A stretch of DNA of 34,336 bases from Anaerolineae bacterium (GTDB lineage: Bacteria; Chloroflexota; Anaerolineae; B4-G1). The notes under the pieces are model-generated. The model did no database searches. It saw only the letters and a program-made list of their open reading frames with translations, and was not told the DNA's origin. The first letter of the stretch is position 1; each line of letters begins with the position of its first letter. Positions 20,694 through 27,169 of this stretch are shown here, piece by piece. The translations under genes and the position numbers were made by a program. Where the stretch lies: positions 1 through 34,336 of the forward strand of contig DATKWP010000118.1 in assembly GCA_035529535.1 (NCBI GenBank), written 5' to 3'.

Positions 20694-23504
20694 ATGTCAC
20701 ACGATAGCCAAGCCGCCCGCCGCGAACGCATCCTACTCCTCATCGCCGCCGGTTTCATCCTCACTGGCATCCTGACCCTACGCATTGCGGAACGCGGAAC
20801 GCGGAATGCGGACTACGCCGGCGGGTACGCCGGGTTACGGATTACGGATTACGCATTCGCTTTCTGTTCATTCGCCGCCACGTTCGCCCTCGCCCACGTC
20901 TTGCTGAGCCGTTACCTGCCCGAGCACGACCCGTTCCTGCTGCCGGTGGCGGCCCTGTTGACCGGCTGGGGCCTCCTGCTCATCGGGCGGCTGGCCGCCA
21001 ACTTCCTCGTGCGGCAGACGCTCTGGCTGTGGATCTCTACCGTGGCGCTGTTGGCCACCGTCCGGCAGGGCCGCGACCTGCGCTGGCTGCGGCGCTTTCG
21101 CTACACCTGGCTGTTCGGAGGGTTGGCGCTCCTGGCGGCCACGCTCGTCCTCGGCGTCAACCCCTCCGGCTATGGCCCGCGCCTGTGGCTGGGCGCCGGA
21201 GGCGTCTACTTCCAACCCTCGGAACTGCTGAAACTCCTGATGGTCGTCTACCTGGCCTCTTACCTGGCCGAGAAGGGAGAACTGCTCACCTCGGAGGGCC
21301 GGCGGGTAGGACGCTGGCACCTGCCCCCCCTGGCCTACGCCGGCCCCTTACTGGCAATGTTCGGCCTGGCGGTGGTGCTGCTGGTCTGGCAACAGGACCT
21401 GGGCGCGGCGATGCTGTTTCTCTTCACCTTCCTGGCCATGCTCTACCTGGCGACCGGCCAGTGGGGATACGTCGCCGCCGGCCTGGCCCTCTTCCTCGTC
21501 GCCGGGCTGGCCGGCTACCGGCTGTCCGACCGCATCGCGCTGCGCGTGGACGGCTGGCTGAACCCGTGGCCCGAGGCCTCCGGCCGCGCTTTCCAGATCG
21601 TGCAGTCGCTGCTGGCCTTTGGCGCCGGGGCGGTCTTTGGACAGGGCCTGGGCCTGGGCAGCCCGACCTACATCCCGGCCGTCCACACCGACTTTATCTT
21701 CGCCGCGATCGGCGAAGAATTCGGCCTGGCCGGCGTTCTGGCCGTCGTCGCCCTGTACGCGGCGTTGATGCTGTGCGGCTTCCGCGTCGCCGCCCGCGCG
21801 ACGCGGCCGTTCGAGCGCTTCCTGGCCGCCGGACTGGCCGCCGGGTGGGCCATCCAGGCCTGGGTCATCATGGCCGGCAACGCCAAACTGGCCCCGATTG
21901 CTGGCGTCACCCTGCCCTTCGTCTCCTACGGCGGCAGTTCCCTGCTGACCTCGTTCATCGCGCTGGGCCTCCTCCTCCGCATCTCCAGCACAAGGGTGGT
22001 AAACTGGGAAACTGGTAGATTGGGAACTGGTAAATTGGGAACTGGTAAATTGGGAGATGGTCGCCAATCCACCAATCTACCAATTACCAATCTACCGGCT
22101 ACCAGTCTACCAATCACCAATCTACCAACTACCAGTCTACCAATCACCAATCTACCAACACTGGCCCTCGTGCTATCGCTGGCCCTGGCCCTGCTGGCTG
22201 CCGTGTGCGGCTACTGGGCCATCATGCGCGCCGACGACCTGCGCGCGCGCGACGACAATCCGCGCCGCGTGCTCTACGAGCAGCGGATCGTGCGCGGACG
22301 CATCCTGGACCGGGAGGGGACCGTACTGGCCAGCGTGGAGGTCGGGGACGACGGCACGATCACGCGCCGTTACCCGGTTCCGGAGGCCGCGCCGGTCCTG
22401 GGTTACGCCAGCCTGCGCTATGGCACCGGCGGGATCGAGGCCGCCTTCGACCGTGAATTGCGCGGCGAGGCCGGCCGCAACGACTGGCAAATCGCGTGGG
22501 ACGAACTGCTCCACCGACCCCCGCACGGCCGCGACGTGCAGTTGGCGCTCGACGCGGGGCTGCAGGTCCAGGCCCAACAGGGCCTGGACGGCCAGCGCGG
22601 GGCCCTGGTCTTGCTGGACGCTGCCACCGGCGAGGTTCTGGCCATGGCCTCCAGTCCCACCTACGACCCGCAACACCTGGACGAGGAGTGGGAAGCGCTG
22701 CGCGAGGACCCGGCCGCGCCGCTGGTCAACCGCGCCACCCAGGGCCGCTATCAACCCGGGGCCGCCTTGCAGACGGCCATCGTGGCCGAGGCGCTGAGCG
22801 AGGGACTGGCTACTCTCTCGATACCTGCGGCAGACGCGACGGCACGCCTCACGATCAACGGCTTCGAGTTAGGCTGTGGGGCGGTCCCCTCGCCGCCCTA
22901 CACCCTGGCCACCGCCTACGCGGCGGCCTGCCCGGCCCCTTTCGCCGACCTGGGCGCCCAGTTGGGGGCGGCGGCCCTGGAAAAGATGGTGGAACGGTGG
23001 GCGCTCACCACCCCACCCCCGCTAGAGATGCCGGCCGAGGCAGCCGATTGGAGCGCGGAAACGCTTTCAGGCACGGCGACCCTGGCGGTCGAGGCCATCG
23101 GCCAGGGCATGCTGACCATGTCGCCACTGCAGGCCGCGTTGATGGCCGGCACGCTCGCCAACGAAGGAGAAATGCCCATCCCACGGCTCGTGTTGCGCGT
23201 GTGGGATGCAGAAAACGGCTGGTTGGAACGGGCTGAGGCCGGGGAGCCTCGCCAGGTCCTCACACCCGGCATCGTCTGGGCGCTGCTGGCGACCTGGCGG
23301 CGCTACGACGGGGAAAAGGTCGCTGCGCACTGGGGAGCCGCGGCGGCCGGTGCAGGGCAGCCGCCACACGCCTGGTTCATCGGCGTGGCACCGGCGACGG
23401 GCCAGCCGCGCTACGCCATCGCCGTGCTGGTCGAACACGCTGCCGACCCCGAGAGCGCGGCGCGCATCGGCGCGGCGCTCTTGCAGGCAGCGACGGCCCA
23501 ATAA
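20694..23504 (+). CDS. Fusion protein: RodA-type SEDS peptidoglycan polymerase plus a class-B PBP-like domain with degenerate transpeptidase motifs
   Basis: Residues 1-~435 are SEDS: RERILLLIAAGFIL, DPFLLPVAALLTGWGLLLIGRL, FQPSELLKLLMVVYLASYL, VHTDFIFAAIGEEFGLAG, LPFVSYGGSSLLT. A repeat-encoded linker follows, then a TM helix (LALVLSLALALLAAVCGYWAI). The PBP2/PbpA-like region contains RGRILDREG, LLDAATGEVLAMASSPTYDP, LVNRATQGRYQPGAALQ and HAWFIGVAP. The ORF is a single uninterrupted 936-codon frame. Confidence 0.85.
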   Translation: MSHDSQAARRERILLLIAAGFILTGILTLRIAERGTRNADYAGGYAGLRITDYAFAFCSFAATFALAHVLLSRYLPEHDPFLLPVAALLTGWGLLLIGRLAANFLVRQTLWLWISTVALLATVRQGRDLRWLRRFRYTWLFGGLALLAATLVLGVNPSGYGPRLWLGAGGVYFQPSELLKLLMVVYLASYLAEKGELLTSEGRRVGRWHLPPLAYAGPLLAMFGLAVVLLVWQQDLGAAMLFLFTFLAMLYLATGQWGYVAAGLALFLVAGLAGYRLSDRIALRVDGWLNPWPEASGRAFQIVQSLLAFGAGAVFGQGLGLGSPTYIPAVHTDFIFAAIGEEFGLAGVLAVVALYAALMLCGFRVAARATRPFERFLAAGLAAGWAIQAWVIMAGNAKLAPIAGVTLPFVSYGGSSLLTSFIALGLLLRISSTRVVNWETGRLGTGKLGTGKLGDGRQSTNLPITNLPATSLPITNLPTTSLPITNLPTLALVLSLALALLAAVCGYWAIMRADDLRARDDNPRRVLYEQRIVRGRILDREGTVLASVEVGDDGTITRRYPVPEAAPVLGYASLRYGTGGIEAAFDRELRGEAGRNDWQIAWDELLHRPPHGRDVQLALDAGLQVQAQQGLDGQRGALVLLDAATGEVLAMASSPTYDPQHLDEEWEALREDPAAPLVNRATQGRYQPGAALQTAIVAEALSEGLATLSIPAADATARLTINGFELGCGAVPSPPYTLATAYAAACPAPFADLGAQLGAAALEKMVERWALTTPPPLEMPAEAADWSAETLSGTATLAVEAIGQGMLTMSPLQAALMAGTLANEGEMPIPRLVLRVWDAENGWLERAEAGEPRQVLTPGIVWALLATWRRYDGEKVAAHWGAAAAGAGQPPHAWFIGVAPATGQPRYAIAVLVEHAADPESAARIGAALLQAATAQ
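20781..20860. repeat. About eleven heptamer units inside the SEDS coding region (GCGGAAC x2, GCGGAAT, GCGGACT ... TTACGGA x2, TTACGCA)
   Basis: Period-7 reading. The GCGGAAY units are the reverse complement of family II (6281-6322). The block encodes ...AERGTRNADYAGGYAGLRITDYA... between predicted TM1 and TM2. Confidence 0.8.
22004..22160. repeat. Two opposed tandem-repeat arrays (15-nt period) encoding the SEDS-PBP linker
   Basis: First array, 22004-22060: (GGAACTGGTAAATTG)n, encoding GTGKL repeats. Second array, 22064-22160: (ACCAATCTACCAAYY)n, encoding TNLPx repeats. GGTAGATTGG (22014-22023) is the exact reverse complement of CCAATCTACC, which occurs at 22072, 22087, 22117 and 22147. The units are related to family I. 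Confidence 0.9.
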
Positions 23505-23558
23505 GCAGCCTCCCCTCCCCGCAGGGGACGTAAGCCGTCCGAACCTGCGCGAGGGTCA

Positions 23559-23633
23559 TTCGCATAGCCTATGTGCCGGTCCGAGCACACACACCTGGAA
23601 AGACGGTAGGGTCTACCCTAATGACTATGCGAA
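23559..23633. repeat. Copy B of the element with conserved inverted termini (TTCGCATAGCCTAT ... TAATGACTATGCGAA)
   Basis: TTCGCATAG (23559-23567) / CTATGCGAA (23625-23633). It shares the 14-nt 5' block and the 17-nt 3' block (TAATGACTATGCGAAGA) with copy A (4408-4488). An internal GAAAGAC.GGT segment is also shared. It lies in the convergent spacer between stop codons at 23504 and 23650. Confidence 0.7.
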
Positions 23634-23649
23634 GAATAGCCTGGGTGGA

Positions 23650-25656
23650 TCAGCGGGATGAACGCCCCTCCGTTCGCCGTGCCTCCGAGGCCAGTTCCGC
23701 GTACTCGTGCTTCACCAGTTCCTTCTCCTGCACCTGGAATAATTCCAACAGTTCCCCAATCAGGTCCGCCTTCCGCTCGGCATCCTGTTTCGACCAGGTG
23801 CGGCTCTTGATCTCCAGGAACAGCCCCGGAAACTCCGGCTCCATCAGCCGGTCCAGGTTGACGGCAAAGTCCGTCCCGCCGTAGCGAATGTAATAGCGCC
23901 GCCGTTCCTTGCGCACTTCGACTTCGGCGGCCGGTTGAAAGTACTCCCGGTAAAAGCGCAGGCTGCGCGTGGCCGGCGCATCGAAGCGGGAGCGCGAGAG
24001 CAGCACCGACTTGGCATATTCCCGCTCCTTCGTCTCGCCGGTCAGCGTCAGCCGGTAGAACACGTCCTGCACCTGCCCGTCCTCACCCAGCACCTCATCC
24101 TCCCGGTAGCGGATGCGGCTGCGGTAGGGATCGTCGAACAGAAAGTAGGTGTCGTATTGGTTGCGCAGCGATTGCCGGAGGATCGTGATCTCCGGCCGGT
24201 CGAGCAGGACTTCCAGTGCCACCTGGCCCGCCAGCAGTACCTTCACCTGCACTTCGAAGGTCTTCTCCTGGGCCACCTGGCCGACCGCCAACAGCTTGCT
24301 CAGCACACTCTCCTCGCGCTGGATCAGGAACACGTCAATCTTCCGTGCGACGTCAGCCGCCTCGGCTATCAACCCCTGTTCGTCGAGGGTGAGCAACGCC
24401 CGCTCACGCATCAACCACCGCCCCTGGCACATCGTATCCCTGACGTCGCTGCCCTTGGTGGCATAGACCAGTTGGGCGTACAGCGCGAGCGGATCGCGCG
24501 CGAACTTGGGGGTGTTGTGGACGCCGCGCAGGTCCACCACGACGAGGTCGGCCCGCTTGCCTGGCTCCAGCGAGCCGATGAACTCTCCCACGTGCAGCGC
24601 CCGCGCCCCGCCAATGGTGGCCATCGCCAGCGCCTGTCGCGCCGGCAGCACCGTCGGATCCGAGTTCACCCCCTTGGCCAGGAGCGCAGCCAGCCGCATC
24701 TCCTCCCACATGTCCAGGTCGTTGTTGCTGGCCGGGCCGTCGGTGCCGATGCCCACGTTGAGGCCCAGTTCCAGCATGTAGACGACCGGCGCAAAGCCGC
24801 TGGCCAGTTTGAGATTGCTGCTGGGGTTATGCGACACGCCAACCCCGTGGTGCAGCAGCGTGTGCATCTCTCCTTCGTCCAGGTGGACGCAATGCGCGGC
24901 GGTGACCTTGGCCTCAAAGACCCCCTGTTTCTTGACCCAGGGAACCATGGGCATCCCGTACTCGGCCCGGTGCTCCTCCACCTCCTGCGCCGTCTCGGCC
25001 ATGTGGATGTGGAGCGGCACGTCGAACTCGAGCGCCATGCGGGTGCACGCCTGCAAGAGTTCCGGGGTCGTCGTGTAGGGCGCATGGGGCCCCACCGCCG
25101 GCATGATCAGCGGGTGTCCCTTCCAACGCTGGATAAAGTCGCGGGCGCGCTCCAGTCCCTCGTCGTAACTGAGCGCATCCGGCGTGGGGAAGCGCAGCAC
25201 CGTCTCCGCACACACCGCACGCAGCCCGGCCTGGGCGGTGGCGTCGGCCACCGCCTCCTCGTAATAGTACATGTCGGCGAAACAGGTCGTGCCGGAACGG
25301 ATCATCTCGGCGCAGGCCAACTGTGTGCCGAGCCAACAGAACGCCGGCCGCACAAACTCCTGCTCGACCGGCATCATGTAGCCCATCAGCCAGACGTCCA
25401 GCCGCAGGTCGTCTGCCACTCCTCGGAGCAGCGTCATTGGGGCGTGGGTATGGGCATTGATCAGGCCCGGAGTCACCGCACACTCGCTGCAGTCCACGAC
25501 CTCGGCAGCCGTATACGCCGCCGCGATCTGATCCACCGGCCCCACGGCCTCGATGAGCCCTCTGCGGATCGCCACCGCCCCAGGGGTGAACAGGTCGAAC
25601 CCCTCGTTCATCGTGACGACTTTGCCGCCGGTCAGGATTGCGTCAACTTCGATCAT
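23650..25656 (-). CDS. mtaD: MtaD-like amidohydrolase (5-methylthioadenosine/S-adenosylhomocysteine deaminase family) fused to a C-terminal CYTH-like domain
   Basis: Track ORF 23650..26004 trimmed to ATG 25656, with a GGAGGAGGG SD. Deaminase motifs present: GLINAHTHAPMTLLRG, PLHIHMAETAQEV, GIGTDGPASNNDLDM, GKRADLVV. The last ~205 aa show a CYTH/CyaB-like pattern: FEVQVKV, QYDTYF, RIRYRED, YRLTLTG, VRKERRRY, FAVNLD, LFLEIKS. Confidence 0.85.
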   Translation of the reverse strand: MIEVDAILTGGKVVTMNEGFDLFTPGAVAIRRGLIEAVGPVDQIAAAYTAAEVVDCSECAVTPGLINAHTHAPMTLLRGVADDLRLDVWLMGYMMPVEQEFVRPAFCWLGTQLACAEMIRSGTTCFADMYYYEEAVADATAQAGLRAVCAETVLRFPTPDALSYDEGLERARDFIQRWKGHPLIMPAVGPHAPYTTTPELLQACTRMALEFDVPLHIHMAETAQEVEEHRAEYGMPMVPWVKKQGVFEAKVTAAHCVHLDEGEMHTLLHHGVGVSHNPSSNLKLASGFAPVVYMLELGLNVGIGTDGPASNNDLDMWEEMRLAALLAKGVNSDPTVLPARQALAMATIGGARALHVGEFIGSLEPGKRADLVVVDLRGVHNTPKFARDPLALYAQLVYATKGSDVRDTMCQGRWLMRERALLTLDEQGLIAEAADVARKIDVFLIQREESVLSKLLAVGQVAQEKTFEVQVKVLLAGQVALEVLLDRPEITILRQSLRNQYDTYFLFDDPYRSRIRYREDEVLGEDGQVQDVFYRLTLTGETKEREYAKSVLLSRSRFDAPATRSLRFYREYFQPAAEVEVRKERRRYYIRYGGTDFAVNLDRLMEPEFPGLFLEIKSRTWSKQDAERKADLIGELLELFQVQEKELVKHEYAELASEARRTEGRSSR

Positions 25657-25702
25657 GGCCCACCCTCCTCCATCCCCACCCCGTGGTTGTTCGAGTTGGC
25701 TG

Positions 25703-25731
25703 ATTATAGCCTGAATACCACCCCAACGCAA
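25703..25731 (-). promoter_or_regulatory. Candidate sigma70-type promoter for the mtaD-like gene
   Basis: Minus strand: TTGCGT (25731-25726), 17-nt spacer, TATAAT (25708-25703). It lies about 45 nt upstream of ATG 25656. Confidence 0.5.
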
Positions 25732-25751
25732 TCCACTGTAAGTTCCGGAAC

Positions 25752-25780
25752 TTTCGGGAAGGTGGCGTTTATGATATAAT
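25752..25780 (+). promoter_or_regulatory. Candidate promoter for pdp (extended -10)
   Basis: TGaTATAAT (TATAAT = 25775-25780) with a weak -35 (TTTCGG, 25752-25757). It lies about 33 nt upstream of ATG 25813, which has a GAGGTG SD. Confidence 0.4.
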
Positions 25781-25812
25781 AAGCCGGTAATATCACAGGA
25801 CTGAGGTGAAGC

Positions 25813-27120
25813 ATGCACGCAACAGACGTGATCGCCAGGAAGCGCGACGGCGGCGAACTTTCGCGGGAAGAGATCGAATTCTTCATCCAGGGAGTGACGG
25901 GGGGCGACGTCCCCGACTACCAGGCAGCGGCCTGGCTGATGGCCGTGTACTTGCGCGGCATGACCGACCGGGAGACCACCGACCTGACGCTGGCCATGGC
26001 CCACTCAGGCGACGTGCTCGATCTGAAGGACGTGGTCCCGTTCGCCGTGGACAAGCACTCCACGGGCGGCGTCGGCGACAAGGTCAGCCTGGTGGTAGCG
26101 CCCCTGGTGGCGGCCTGCGACATACCGATCGCCAAGATGACCGGGCGGGGCCTGGGCTTTAGCGGCGGAACGCTGGACAAACTAGAGTCCATCCCTGGCT
26201 ATCGGACCGACCTGACGGAAGCCGAGTTCAAAGCGCAACTGCGAGAGATCGGCATCGTGTTGACCGGGCAGAGCGCTGACCTGGCCCCCGCCGACCGCAA
26301 ATTGTACGCGCTGCGCGACGTGACGGCCACCGTCGAATCCGTGCCCCTCATCGTCAGTTCCATCATGAGCAAGAAACTCGCTGCCGGCACCGATGCCATC
26401 GTGCTGGACGTCAAGATGGGCAACGGCGCGTTCATGAAGACGCTGGAGCAAGCGGAGACGCTGGCCGAGGCCTTGGTCCGCTTGGGTAAGCACGCCGGAC
26501 GCCACGTCGTGGCCCTGATCTCCGACATGAACCAGCCGCTGGGCTGGGCGGTGGGAAACGCGCTGGAAGTACGGGAAGCGATCAACACCCTGCACGAAGG
26601 GGGCCCCGCCGACTTCCGCGAGCACTGCATGATCGTGGCGGCCGAGTTACTGATGCTGGGCGGCAAGGCCGCCGATGGCAGTGCTGCACTCACGCTGGCG
26701 CTGGACACCCTGACCTCTGGAGCCGCCTGGCACAAGTTCAGCCAGTTGGTGGAGGCCCAGGGAGGTGACGTGCGCTACATCGAGGACCCGGACCGCTTGC
26801 CGAAGGCCCGGCTGATCGAACCGGTGCCAGCGCCGCGCAGCGGTTACCTCTCGGGTGTGAATGCCGCCGAGATCGGGAGCGCCGTCGTGGAGCTGGGTGG
26901 CGGGCGGATGAAGAAGGGGGACTCGGTTGACCCCAGCGTGGGGGTCATACTACACTACAAGGTGGGCGACCTGGTACAGAGGAACACGCCGCTATTCACC
27001 ATCCACGCCAGCGATGAGACGAAACTGGCCGCGGCCCGCACGCGCTTGCTGGCGGCGCACACCTTCAGCGATCGCCCCGTGCCACGGTTGCCGCTGTTCT
27101 ACCGGCGCATCGCCGAATAG
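25813..27120 (+). CDS. pdp: Pyrimidine-nucleoside (thymidine) phosphorylase
   Basis: DVIARKRDGGELSREEIEFFIQG, AAWLMAVYLRGMT, VDKHSTGGVGDK and GRGLGFSGGTLDKLESIPGY are family signatures. The match is full-length at 435 aa. Confidence 0.93.
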   Translation: MHATDVIARKRDGGELSREEIEFFIQGVTGGDVPDYQAAAWLMAVYLRGMTDRETTDLTLAMAHSGDVLDLKDVVPFAVDKHSTGGVGDKVSLVVAPLVAACDIPIAKMTGRGLGFSGGTLDKLESIPGYRTDLTEAEFKAQLREIGIVLTGQSADLAPADRKLYALRDVTATVESVPLIVSSIMSKKLAAGTDAIVLDVKMGNGAFMKTLEQAETLAEALVRLGKHAGRHVVALISDMNQPLGWAVGNALEVREAINTLHEGGPADFREHCMIVAAELLMLGGKAADGSAALTLALDTLTSGAAWHKFSQLVEAQGGDVRYIEDPDRLPKARLIEPVPAPRSGYLSGVNAAEIGSAVVELGGGRMKKGDSVDPSVGVILHYKVGDLVQRNTPLFTIHASDETKLAAARTRLLAAHTFSDRPVPRLPLFYRRIAE

Positions 27121-27149
27121 CCAGGGCTACGAGGATCACGAAAAGCGTA

Positions 27150-27168
27150 GTCACGTTTGCAACGTGAC
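27150..27168. repeat. Isolated palindromic hairpin GTCACGTT-TGC-AACGTGAC (same family as 8474/8519)
   Basis: Perfect 8-bp arms with a 3-nt loop. It sits between the convergent stop codons of pdp (27120) and the SBP gene (27170). The flanking GCGTAGTCACG resembles CGTAGGTCACG in the 8.4-kb array. It may act as a bidirectional terminator, but there is no U tract. Confidence 0.7.
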
Positions 27169-27169
27169 T

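Noticed and set aside
23505-23530. Hairpin TCCCC-GCA-GGGGA just after the SEDS-PBP stop codon, as an intrinsic terminator.
   Set aside because: The stem is only 5 bp with a 3-nt loop, and no U tract follows. This is too weak to call.
23935-25779. 614-aa plus-strand ORF antisense to the mtaD-like gene, and the 5' extension of that gene to 26004.
   Set aside because: The antisense frame is a shadow ORF. The extension upstream of ATG 25656 would run through the predicted divergent promoters and into pdp, and it lacks an SD. ATG 25656 has GGAGGAGGG upstream and begins the conserved MIEVDAILTGG deaminase N-terminus.
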